This document shows positions 9,501 through 17,555 of a stretch of DNA of 64,000 nucleotides, one piece after another. Each line of letters starts with the position of its first letter. Position 1 is the first letter of the stretch. Location: NCBI GenBank assembly GCA_027365565.1, contig DAHXMI010000004.1:71142-135141 (forward strand), read 5' to 3'. This DNA is from Candidatus Micrarchaeota archaeon. Its GTDB lineage: Archaea; Micrarchaeota; Micrarchaeia; Micrarchaeales; Micrarchaeaceae. The notes under the pieces are model-generated. The model saw only the letters and a list, made by a program, of their open reading frames with translations. It was not told the DNA's origin and searched no databases. The position numbers and the translations under genes are program-made.

Positions 9501-10277
9501 ATGGCTGACGGGCTGGAAAACGCTGAAGAGAGTTTTGCTTCTCGAGCCGTACCTCTCCTGATACTGAGCGTCATGGCCGTCGCGTTCCTCTCCTTCTCGG
9601 TGGTTTACAGCGTGTCCCATATCGCGTACGCGTCATTGTATTATACGCTCTCGGCCCTATTCGATGCTGGCGGAGTAGGCGGATTTGACATGCAGCTTAT
9701 CGGTTCGACTCCCCTTTTCAGCAGCGGGTTCTACGTGCTGTCCGCGATATCGCTGGCTGACGGGGCGGTGAAGATCATCATAGTGAGCTTCCTGATAGCT
9801 TCGCTGCTGGATGTACTCACAGGACTTAACATAAGGTCCAGGATAGTTGCCAGGTCTGCCCGACGGATGAGGGGCCACGTGATAGTGTGCGGCTATTCTC
9901 CCCTAGGGGAGAAGATATGTGATGAGCTCGCCTCGAAGGGGAAGAGATTTGTTGTGGTAGACAAGGACAAAGCGAAGATCGAGGAGATAGAGAACAAGGG
10001 ATATCCGTTCATAGAGGGCGACTTCGCAAACAAGCTGACACTCAAGGGCGCTTCGATAGACAACGCAGAGGAGATTGTGTTCACTACCGAGAATGACTTC
10101 GACAACATGCTCGGTATCGTAACGGCGAGGAACCTGAGCAAGACCGTAAAGGTCGTGTCCAGGGCAAAGGAGGAGGCGGCGAGGGCCAGCATGCACAATG
10201 CAGGGGCCAACCTGTGCGTAGTGCCCGAGCTGCTTGCGGGGCTGGAAATAGGCGAGATGGTGGCCTCGAAGGTGTGA
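9501..10277 (+). CDS. Two-TM pore-type channel fused to an RCK/TrkA-N domain (MthK-like architecture) with a non-canonical filter sequence GGVGGF
   Basis: Arrangement is TM1, a pore-helix-like segment YYTLSALFDAGGVGGFD, then TM2. Downstream is the Rossmann motif HVIVCGYSPLGE of an RCK domain. Confidence 0.6.
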   Translation: MADGLENAEESFASRAVPLLILSVMAVAFLSFSVVYSVSHIAYASLYYTLSALFDAGGVGGFDMQLIGSTPLFSSGFYVLSAISLADGAVKIIIVSFLIASLLDVLTGLNIRSRIVARSARRMRGHVIVCGYSPLGEKICDELASKGKRFVVVDKDKAKIEEIENKGYPFIEGDFANKLTLKGASIDNAEEIVFTTENDFDNMLGIVTARNLSKTVKVVSRAKEEAARASMHNAGANLCVVPELLAGLEIGEMVASKV

Positions 10278-10280
10278 CAT

Positions 10281-11012
10281 ATGGAGAACGGAAGAAGGAA
10301 ATACATCATACTCCCATTCATGGCAGGGATACTGTACGTTACGTCCGTCATACTCACCATCTACGCAGGCGTCAACCCGATCATCGCGCTGCTTTGGAAT
10401 GCGATGGCCTCGTTGCAGGTGTATTACTCGGAGCTGCTGCCGTTTGCGGCCGCGACCAAACCGCTGATAGTGCTAGTCAATGTGATAGACGTCGTGGTGT
10501 TCGCATTCATAGCTTTGTTCCTTGCCACCGAGTTCCTTGCATTCATAAGGAGCATAGATCTCAGGGAGAGGTTCGCGCTGAGGAAGATCAGGTCAATGAA
10601 GGACCATGTCATACTTGTGCCGTACAACGGCTTTGCGGGTGTGCTGATCAAGGATCTGCGCGCCGCGGGATACAAGGATATGGCAGTCATAACCGAGAGC
10701 CACAGGTACGCGCACGAGCTCAGCAAACAGGGCGTATTGGCAGTCATAGGCAAGACCGGCGCGGCAGAGGCGTTTATGCTCGCCGGGGCCGCGAAGGCGA
10801 AGTTCATTGTTGCGTGCGGCGAAGCGGACCTCGACAACGCGCTCATCTCAGTTACGGCCAAGTCAGTAAACAGCAAGCTTAAGGTAATATCAAGGGTGAA
10901 TAAGCGCGAGAACATACCTAAGCTCAGCATGGCAGGCTCTTACATGACAGTGCTGCCTGAGATAGAGGCGGGCAGGATAATAGGAGGGGAGCTGCTTAAG
11001 AGGATGGTCTGA
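10281..11012 (+). CDS. Two-TM membrane protein fused to an RCK/TrkA-N domain (channel-like, no recognisable selectivity filter)
   Basis: Two N-terminal TM helices. RCK domain with HVILVPYNGFAG. Third consecutive RCK gene. Confidence 0.55.
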   Translation: MENGRRKYIILPFMAGILYVTSVILTIYAGVNPIIALLWNAMASLQVYYSELLPFAAATKPLIVLVNVIDVVVFAFIALFLATEFLAFIRSIDLRERFALRKIRSMKDHVILVPYNGFAGVLIKDLRAAGYKDMAVITESHRYAHELSKQGVLAVIGKTGAAEAFMLAGAAKAKFIVACGEADLDNALISVTAKSVNSKLKVISRVNKRENIPKLSMAGSYMTVLPEIEAGRIIGGELLKRMV

Positions 11013-11033
11013 GCCCCCCGTCCGCGGTGCGCA

Positions 11034-11690
11034 TCAGCTCGATGCCGCAATCCTGGAGAATAGCTTCTCTGCTAACAGGCTCGGAATCGTGCCGTTCAGG
11101 CCGCTGTAACCGTCCTCAGCCACAAAGATTGTATAGTTGCCGTACGTGAACAGCGTGGTGTACTGGAATATCGGGAACTCCTCGGAGTACTTCGATACTG
11201 CAGAGAGGTTGAACACCGCCACGTCATAAATATTATACATGGTGACGTTATGGCCTCCGCTCTGGTAATTGAATGACTTCTGGTAGCTGTACTGGCTGGC
11301 AAGTGAGTTAGGCGTGTAAGTATTGGAAAAGTTAAGCAGCAGGAAGTCCTTTTCTATGCTCAACGCCGAGGAGGGGCTGTTTGCCGTGTATATTATTGAG
11401 GTTATGAACTGCGGATAGCTCGTATACTTCACGTCTGATGAGGCATTGAACTCCGACACCATGATGCTCTTGTATCCCTCACTGCTGAAATAGCCGGTCA
11501 GGCTGGTGTTGGTGCTGTTCATTATCGCGTAGCTGGCCTGTGGTACCAACGCCTTTACGTCCCCAAGCGTGATGTTCTGCAGAGGATGGCTGCGGAGCGC
11601 ACCGTAGGCATAAGCGATTGTGAGGAGCACGGCGGCTACCAGCACCGCTGATATGATGTATACTGCTATAGTCTTATTGCGGTTCGTCAT
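11034..11690 (-). CDS. Membrane-anchored extracellular protein with many N-glycosylation sequons
   Basis: N-terminal TM helix IAVYIISAVLVAAVLLTIAYAY. About 14 NxS/T sequons in 218 aa. Tyr/Ser/Asn-rich. Confidence 0.45.
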   Translation of the reverse strand: MTNRNKTIAVYIISAVLVAAVLLTIAYAYGALRSHPLQNITLGDVKALVPQASYAIMNSTNTSLTGYFSSEGYKSIMVSEFNASSDVKYTSYPQFITSIIYTANSPSSALSIEKDFLLLNFSNTYTPNSLASQYSYQKSFNYQSGGHNVTMYNIYDVAVFNLSAVSKYSEEFPIFQYTTLFTYGNYTIFVAEDGYSGLNGTIPSLLAEKLFSRIAASS

Positions 11691-11702
11691 GCGGATCAGT
11701 TA

Positions 11703-12635
11703 TTATTTCTGCAGGAGCGAGTAATAATTCTTCGCCTCTGCTATCGAATAGCTGTCGTTCATCTTTCCCTTCACGCCATATGTTATCATCGATGCGTAGA
11801 AGTTCTTGTACGAGAAGAACGCGCCGTAGTACTGCATCCCATATACCGTGGCGTTGGCCAGGTAGAGCTTGAACGTCGAGTTGGATTCTGCGATAGACAC
11901 CTTCTCGGTAGGTCCGAGGCATCCGCAGTCCGTATGGTAGAGCGCTGCTGCGACAGCCGCCTGCGGACTCTGGAGCACTGATGCGTGTTCCAAGAACATC
12001 ACTGGATAAGTGTAGTTCGAATAACTGGAAGGTATAGGAATGGTCTGGTTCAACGGCACCAACGCGTTGGATTCCAGGTAGTTTGCGGTGAACGGTACGC
12101 CGTATTCCCTGTTGAATATGTAGTACATGTTGGTCGAGTTTGTAAGATTGTACTTCACGGTCAGGTTCTGTGTGAATATACCCAGAGAATCGTTCACATA
12201 ATACATGCCGAGAGAGTTGGAGTTCGGCAGCATCTGTATTAATGCGTTGGAGCTAAGTATGTTCGCGACCTTCGATATGCTGCTGGCATTTATTGGCAGC
12301 GTAGTATTGGCAGGTGCGTTCGAAGTCGATATAGTGGTCGGAGCGCTGGATGTCGAGACTGAGGTAGTCGCGGTCGAAGGCGTGCCCGGTATGTTGAATC
12401 CGTATATCGTTAGGTATGCTATTATGCCGAGTATTATCGCCACTATGACTACTGCAGAAACTATCGTCTTTGCGTGCACACCCCCTTTCGGCTGCGGTTC
12501 AGCCTTGTAATTCGGGCTCTGTCCCTGTCCAGGGGCCTGTCCGGGGTCTGCTCCAGACATTAGACCTGGCGGGAATGCACTCTTTCCCGGCTGGAGTATG
12601 TTATCCATGCCGCTTGGGCCTTGTGGTAAATCCAT
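11703..12635 (-). CDS. Membrane-anchored extracellular N-glycosylated protein (Pro/Gly/Gln-rich cytoplasmic N-terminus, TM helix, S/T linker, sequon-rich ectodomain)
   Basis: TM helix IVSAVVIVAIILGIIAYLTIY. Linker TPSTATTSVSTSSAPTTISTS. More than 15 NxS/T sequons. Confidence 0.45.
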   Translation of the reverse strand: MDLPQGPSGMDNILQPGKSAFPPGLMSGADPGQAPGQGQSPNYKAEPQPKGGVHAKTIVSAVVIVAIILGIIAYLTIYGFNIPGTPSTATTSVSTSSAPTTISTSNAPANTTLPINASSISKVANILSSNALIQMLPNSNSLGMYYVNDSLGIFTQNLTVKYNLTNSTNMYYIFNREYGVPFTANYLESNALVPLNQTIPIPSSYSNYTYPVMFLEHASVLQSPQAAVAAALYHTDCGCLGPTEKVSIAESNSTFKLYLANATVYGMQYYGAFFSYKNFYASMITYGVKGKMNDSYSIAEAKNYYSLLQK

Positions 12636-12660
12636 TTTATCACGTCAAACGTAACTTGTG

Positions 12661-14724
12661 TCAAGTGAGGACGTAACCGTTCCCTATGAAGCTGTATCCT
12701 GGGGATGTTATCACGTCATATAGCCTGAATGCACCCATCTTGCCAGTCTTGACCTGGAGTGCTGTCACAGGCACGTTGAGCCCGGTCAGCGGGTCGTACA
12801 GCGTGTCACCCACTTTCATATTGGCTGCATTCTGCATCGTGCCGTTTATTTCGAGGTACTCGCCACCGTCCACTATGAGTTGGCCGTTGTTTATTATTAT
12901 CTCATTGTTGGTCGGCCTCGGATATATGCCTGAAACCGCTATTGGCGCGACCGATTTGGTATTGATATTGTAACCCAGTATTATCTGTCCGGGCTTCAGA
13001 TTTGATATTTGGGTGGCTACTCCATTCAACCCGTACACGTACGTTGCGCCTCCTGTGGAGCTGCAGGTGTCGGTAACCTTGTCTATCAGGTAGCCGTCAG
13101 CAATGAAGTTGTTGTTGGGTACGGCAAGGAAATCGTACACCGTATGGCCGCTCTGCAGCGTCTTCGCGCTTATCGATGTTATCTCTACGCTTTTGTTCAG
13201 CAGCGGATCGAAGAGCGTGTCGCCCAACTTCGCGGAGCCTGCAGGCTGCCACTGGCCGTTTATGAACATGATCTCATTTTTGTCTACGCTGAGGTTGCCA
13301 TTGAAGGTGTACTGGCTTGTCGTGTTGTGCTGGTATACTGCCACAACTACCGAGGGAGTCAGCTTACCTGTCTTGGTGTTATACGAAAGTATTACCGTGC
13401 CCGTCCTGATGCTTGATGCGTTGGCGATCCCACTGTTGGGGAGCGACACCTGCGCGTTGCCGTAGACCGAGCATCCTCCATCGGAGCTCACAGTAGTCGA
13501 TGTTGTCTTGGTTGTCGAAGTGGTTGACTGGGTCGTAGTGGATGTGGTTGTAGTGGACGTGGTCGTAGTGGTTGATGTAGTGGTCGTAGTGGATGTGGTT
13601 GTAGTGGACGTGGTCGTAGTGGTTGATGTAGTGGTCGTAGTGGATGTGGTTGTAGTGGACGTGGTGGTGGATGTGGTGGTGGAGGTTGTCGTGGTGGATG
13701 TTGTTGTTGAGGTTGTAGTGGACGTGGTGGTGGATGTGGTGGTGGAGGTTGTCGTGGTGGATGTTGTTGTTGAGGTTGTAGTGGACGTGGTGGTGGATGT
13801 GGTGGTGGAGGTTGTAGTGGACGTGGTGGTAGAGGTTGTCGTGGAGGTCGTGGTGGAGGTTGTCGTGGAAGTGGAGGTGGACGTTGTCGATGTTGACGTA
13901 GATGAGACCAGTATGGTAGTTGTTACTGGTATGAACGTGAACGTGGCCGTTAAGGTGGCGTTGCCCAGGCTGTCCAATATGGTATTCTGCGCGTTGGGGT
14001 TCTGCAGCGTCGAAGGCGAGTTGACCGTCCAAGAATTGAACCTGTATCCGCCTGGCGGTATCGCATATAAGCTGTGGTTGCCCTGCCTGAGCAGAATCGA
14101 GGTTGAATTGTGGTATATTGAGCCGTTAATCGAAACAGAGCCGGTCGGCGGGCTTGTAACTACTTTCAATAGGTACAGGTTGTACGACAGCTCTTGAAGG
14201 GTTTGCACTGATGAGCCGGTAGAGGTATAGGACTGTGCAGCGCACGTTGATGAGGATGCACCGCTGCACACCTGATAGCTTATTCCGAAAGACGTGGAGA
14301 ATTCGGTGCCGCTCTGCGCAGTTATGTTTGGTATCTCTGCCCTGCATATGACAGGCGTACCGGTTGGTGCGAACGTAGGCGTACAGTTGCCTAGATAGTG
14401 CGAGGTCGCCGATGATCCTGGTCCACTAGTCACGGTAACATTCATCGAGTTTGCGGTGAAAAGCATGCCCGTGCCTAGATCGTTGGTGAAAATAATGGTG
14501 AATTTCGGCGTGGCCACTGAATTATATGATAGTATGCTCTGCGCGCACGGGAACGAAGGCTGGATGTTGCAAGATGCTGGCAGATAGGTTGAAGGCCTGT
14601 TTAGGTACGATGCGAGGAATATTACGCCGAGGAAAACAGCTATTATTATGAGTACCCATGCATACGTTACTATGAATTCCAAGGCTGACTGCTGTCGCTT
14701 CGAGTGAGCCTTACTTTTGAACAT
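12661..14724 (-). CDS. Large surface protein: pilin-like (class-III-signal-like) N-terminus, Cys-containing Ig-like region, ~135-aa poly-Thr/Ser stalk, and two tandem C-terminal Hint (Hedgehog/intein-like, BIL-type) domains
   Basis: N-terminus is KRQQSALEFIVTYAWVLIIIAVFLGV; the QSALEF motif is typical of archaeal pilin-like proteins. The stalk has repeated TTTS units. Two repeats start with Cys and contain a GDTL(F/Y)DPL block, ending TVYDFLAVPNNNFIADGYLIDK and RLYDVITSPGYSFIGNGYVLT*. These resemble intein blocks A/F/G. Confidence 0.65.
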   Translation of the reverse strand: MFKSKAHSKRQQSALEFIVTYAWVLIIIAVFLGVIFLASYLNRPSTYLPASCNIQPSFPCAQSILSYNSVATPKFTIIFTNDLGTGMLFTANSMNVTVTSGPGSSATSHYLGNCTPTFAPTGTPVICRAEIPNITAQSGTEFSTSFGISYQVCSGASSSTCAAQSYTSTGSSVQTLQELSYNLYLLKVVTSPPTGSVSINGSIYHNSTSILLRQGNHSLYAIPPGGYRFNSWTVNSPSTLQNPNAQNTILDSLGNATLTATFTFIPVTTTILVSSTSTSTTSTSTSTTTSTTTSTTTSTTTSTTTSTTTSTTTSTTTSTTTSTTTTSTTTSTTTSTTTSTTTSTTTTSTTTSTTTSTTTTSTTTTTSTTTTTSTTTTSTTTTTSTTTTTSTTTTSTTTQSTTSTTKTTSTTVSSDGGCSVYGNAQVSLPNSGIANASSIRTGTVILSYNTKTGKLTPSVVVAVYQHNTTSQYTFNGNLSVDKNEIMFINGQWQPAGSAKLGDTLFDPLLNKSVEITSISAKTLQSGHTVYDFLAVPNNNFIADGYLIDKVTDTCSSTGGATYVYGLNGVATQISNLKPGQIILGYNINTKSVAPIAVSGIYPRPTNNEIIINNGQLIVDGGEYLEINGTMQNAANMKVGDTLYDPLTGLNVPVTALQVKTGKMGAFRLYDVITSPGYSFIGNGYVLT
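13508..13905. repeat. Tandem DNA repeat (about 60 to 75-bp units made of 12-bp ACC/ACT-rich subunits) encoding the poly-Thr/Ser stalk
   Basis: Units such as gtggatgtggttgtagtggacgtggtcgtagtggttgatgtagtggtcgtagt recur several times on the + strand. Confidence 0.8.
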
Positions 14725-14835
14725 CGAATCATTTATAGGTTGTATAGATATTAATATAAAACTGTCTTAGGCTCATGTAAGAGATAAAAAGGAGGAGAAA
14801 CCATTAAAAAGCGCAGAAAACAGAGAAGGGCTTCC

Positions 14836-15708
14836 ATGAACAAGATTGTTGCATTTCTGAGGCTTACAAGGATAGAGCATAGCCTTATGCTCGTGATAGC
14901 GGTGCTCGCGGCGGAGCTGATAGCGGGAGGGCTGCCAGGGTACTTCGTGCTAGCCATGAGTATGGTAACGCCTATTTTCGTGAGCATGGCCTCTTTTGCG
15001 ATAAACGATTACTTCGATCTCGAGACAGATAGGGAGAACAGGCATAATGAGAGGCCGCTCGTTTCCGGAGCGATAAGCAAGAGAGGGGCGCTCTACATAA
15101 CCGGTGCCACGCTGGTCATTGGCATCACGGCAAGCGCGTTCATAAACGCGTACGCGTTCGTAATCGCGCTCATGTTCGGGATTCTCGCGATGCTTTACAG
15201 TTACAAGATGAAGGACATGGTGCTGGTCGGCAACGCGTACATAGCACTTTCGATGGTAATACCGTTCATATACGGCAGCTTTGTGGTATCTGACAGCCTC
15301 GGCGCGAACATGATTCTCATATGCTTCATAATATTCTTGAGCGGACTGGCAAGGGAAATGCATGGTATGATGAGGGACTTCAGAGGCGACATGCGTGTCA
15401 GGCATTCCAGGAACGTGGTGTACTACTTAGGCATGCGAAGGACGGGTCTCCTCGCCTTCCTTTTATACATAGAGGCAGTGGTGCTCAGCATCGCGCTGTT
15501 CTTCATGTATTCGCCTTTCGCGTACAACCTGGTGTACGCGGCGCCGATAGCTGTAGTGGATGCGCTGCTCATATATGTGGGCGCAAGCATGACAAGGAAG
15601 AGGATAAGCGCACAGGAATTCTCGCTTGGCAGGAACCTGAGCCTGGCGTCGATGGGAGTGGCGCTGCTCGTGTTCCTGGTATCAGCAGCCGTGTACATAC
15701 ACATATGA
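14836..15708 (+). CDS. UbiA-family membrane prenyltransferase; probable digeranylgeranylglyceryl-phosphate (DGGGP) synthase
   Basis: Asp-rich motif 1 is AINDYFDLETD. Motif 2 is RDFRGD (DxxxD). About 8 TM helices. 290 aa. The DGGGPS assignment is an inference from archaeal context. Confidence 0.6.
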   Translation: MNKIVAFLRLTRIEHSLMLVIAVLAAELIAGGLPGYFVLAMSMVTPIFVSMASFAINDYFDLETDRENRHNERPLVSGAISKRGALYITGATLVIGITASAFINAYAFVIALMFGILAMLYSYKMKDMVLVGNAYIALSMVIPFIYGSFVVSDSLGANMILICFIIFLSGLAREMHGMMRDFRGDMRVRHSRNVVYYLGMRRTGLLAFLLYIEAVVLSIALFFMYSPFAYNLVYAAPIAVVDALLIYVGASMTRKRISAQEFSLGRNLSLASMGVALLVFLVSAAVYIHI

Positions 15709-15759
15709 ACAGCATATGGATGTACGCGCACGGATGCGGCGTGTCTTCGAAGTTAAGGA

Positions 15760-16524
15760 TTAGGATTTCTTTTCCTCTCCGCTTTCGGGATCGGAGCTTT
15801 TCCCTTCCGCTTTCTCTTCCGGTTTCGTTTCCGGCTTTGCCGCAGCGGCCACTTCGGCCGGCTGGGCTGCCGGCTCCTCCTCCTGCATGCGCGCGGGCCT
15901 CGGAGCAGAGGCATCCATCCTCGCCTCGAAGTCTGATATCTTGTACGTGAACTCTTCGTCGGCCTTTATCGCGCCCTTCGCCTTGAGTGTTTCCCTTGCG
16001 AGGAGGTAGTAGATGAACGCGAGCGACCTCCTTCCGCGGTTGTTCGCAGGTATGATCAGGTCCACGTACTTTATCAGGTTGTCCGTGTCGCAGAGCGCTA
16101 TTATCGGGATGTTGACCTTGCTCGCCTCCTTGACGGCCTGCTTCTCGTTCCTGGTGTCGCTTATGAGTATGAGCTTCGGCTCCTGGAAGTCTTCCCTGTT
16201 CGGGTTTGTGAATACTCCGGGCTTGACCCTCCCGCGCATGAATCCTGCGCCTATTATCTGGGCGAGCTTCTCGGCCGCTGCCACCGCGTATATCCTCGAT
16301 GCTGTCACGACTATGTCCTTCGGGTCGTACTTCGCAATCATGTTGGCGGCCAGCCTTATGCGGCTGTCTATCGTCTTCAGGTCGAGCAGGTAGAGTCCGT
16401 CGTCCCTCGTCTTGTATATGAACCTCTTCATCCCCTGCATCTTGGACTTAGACGCGATGTGTATGCCAACCTCGAGGTACTCGTTCTGGTTGGCAAGCAG
16501 CTGTTGCTCTTCTTCAGTCATCAT
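15760..16524 (-). CDS. rps2: 30S ribosomal protein S2 (uS2) with acidic C-terminal tail
   Basis: NEYLEVGIHIASKSKMQGMKRFIYKTRDDGLYLLDL...IPIIALCDTDN is a typical uS2 core. Confidence 0.9.
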   Translation of the reverse strand: MMTEEEQQLLANQNEYLEVGIHIASKSKMQGMKRFIYKTRDDGLYLLDLKTIDSRIRLAANMIAKYDPKDIVVTASRIYAVAAAEKLAQIIGAGFMRGRVKPGVFTNPNREDFQEPKLILISDTRNEKQAVKEASKVNIPIIALCDTDNLIKYVDLIIPANNRGRRSLAFIYYLLARETLKAKGAIKADEEFTYKISDFEARMDASAPRPARMQEEEPAAQPAEVAAAAKPETKPEEKAEGKSSDPESGEEKKS

Positions 16525-16552
16525 TCAACACCGTGATATTTTCGATTTCATG

Positions 16553-16652
16553 TGGGGCCGCCGAGATTTTCAGGCGAGCCTTTTTTTCAGCCTTTTGAAC
16601 TCGGGTCGCTACCACCCCAAGGTAGAAGCCTACCAAGCTAGCAGACGGCCCC
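16553..16652 (-). tRNA. tRNA-Pro (anticodon GGG) with a ~27-nt non-canonical intron inside the T-loop (position about 59/60)
   Basis: Hand-folded on the minus strand. Acceptor GGGGCCG/CGGCCCC. D-loop AGCTTGGTA. Anticodon stem CTACC/GGTAG with loop TTGGGGT. T-stem CCGAG/CTCGG flanks TTCAAA[27-nt insert]T. Removing the insert restores a canonical TTCAAAT T-loop. The intron lies at about 16567..16593. Confidence 0.7.
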
Positions 16653-16674
16653 GCATGCATTATTTTGTCATCAA

Positions 16675-16690
16675 CCTTTAAATTAATTAA
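16675..16690 (-). promoter_or_regulatory. BRE/TATA element (TTAATTAATTTAAAGG on the minus strand) about 30 nt upstream of tRNA-Pro
   Basis: Strong A/T box at the canonical distance from the tRNA 5' end. Confidence 0.55.
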
Positions 16691-16722
16691 CGCCTCCCGC
16701 ACGCTTATTTCTTACTTGCTTC

Positions 16723-16923
16723 CTACTTCCTTCCGAACTTTATTATCTCGTCTATCAGCTCAACGTTGCCGATGAACATACGTCTGCAGCAGTAGCGCTT
16801 AACTCCAAGGGCGTCCAGCACCTTGCCGGAGTCCTCGTGCTCCTGGTTGACCCTGCGGTCGTACTCCTCCCACTTGTCCGCGACTACTGCGCCGCACGTG
16901 AAGCACCTTACCGGAATCATCAT
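16723..16923 (-). CDS. rpoN: DNA-directed RNA polymerase subunit N (Rpb10 homologue)
   Basis: [14 protein letters not shown]...RYCCRRM is a zinc-bundle signature. 66 aa. Confidence 0.9.
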   Translation of the reverse strand: MMIPVRCFTCGAVVADKWEEYDRRVNQEHEDSGKVLDALGVKRYCCRRMFIGNVELIDEIIKFGRK

Positions 16924-16957
16924 TTCATCACACCTACGTCAGAGTTAGCATTATCCA

Positions 16958-17551
16958 TTATCTGTAAGATGTCTGGAACCTCGCACGGGCCTTCGGGCCC
17001 TTGTACTTCTTCGGCTCCACCCTCCTGTAATCGTCAGTTAGAAGGTACTTGCTGTGAGACGCGTAGAGCCTCCTTATAGAGTCGCTGCCCGTGTATTCTA
17101 TTATTCCCTTCGCTATAGCGTTCCTCGCCGCCTGCGCCTGCGAGCTGAATCCCCCGCCGCTCACGCTTACGCTTATGTCGACCCTGTTGGCCAGCTCGGC
17201 CGTTATGTCTGACATCCTTATCGGCTCCATGACAACCGAGACGAGGCTCTTCTGCGGGAACGTGCTTATGTCGAAGCCGTTTATGCGCACCGCGCCGTGC
17301 CCCTCCTTTATCGCGGCCCTTGCCACCGCCTCCTTCCTCTTGGCATGGACCAGCACGTGCTTCACGCCCTTCTGCTTCTTCTTCGCCGGAGCGGCAGATG
17401 TGGATGCTGACGATGCGGCCGCGCCTTTCGCGCGCGGCGTCCTCTTCGCCTTCTTCTCGGGCTGCGCTGCTGCTACCGCAGTTGCCGCGGCTGGCTGTTC
17501 TGCCGCCGAAACCTTTGCCGTTTCAATCGCTTCTTCTGCCATTATCGTCAC
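16958..17551 (-). CDS. rps9: 30S ribosomal protein S9 (uS9) with a ~60-aa Ala/Lys/Pro-rich N-terminal extension
   Basis: The C-terminal core is ...GGGFSSQAQAARNAIAKGI...RRVEPKKYKGPKARARFQTSYR. The N-terminal extension is low complexity, so the true start may be internal. Confidence 0.85.
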   Translation of the reverse strand: MTIMAEEAIETAKVSAAEQPAAATAVAAAQPEKKAKRTPRAKGAAASSASTSAAPAKKKQKGVKHVLVHAKRKEAVARAAIKEGHGAVRINGFDISTFPQKSLVSVVMEPIRMSDITAELANRVDISVSVSGGGFSSQAQAARNAIAKGIIEYTGSDSIRRLYASHSKYLLTDDYRRVEPKKYKGPKARARFQTSYR

Positions 17552-17555
17552 TTCT

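Noticed and set aside
13379-14197. Track ORFs 13508..14197 (+, VVVDVVV repeats) and 13379..14032 (-, His-rich HHHVHYNL repeats)
   Set aside because: Both are alternative-frame or antisense readings of the Thr-codon tandem DNA repeat inside the 12661..14724 gene. Their low-complexity periodic products mirror the repeat and have no independent start or stop logic.
16655-16680. Candidate C/D-box sRNA (TTGATGAC C-box-like motif on the minus strand)
   Set aside because: No appropriately spaced D', C' or D boxes could be found. The motif sits inside the BRE/TATA region of the tRNA-Pro promoter.
16514-16702. 62-aa ORF between rpoN and rps2 as a candidate RpoK
   Set aside because: It has no ERARIIGxRALQ-type Rpb6 motif. 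It overlaps the well-folding intron-containing tRNA-Pro and its TATA box.
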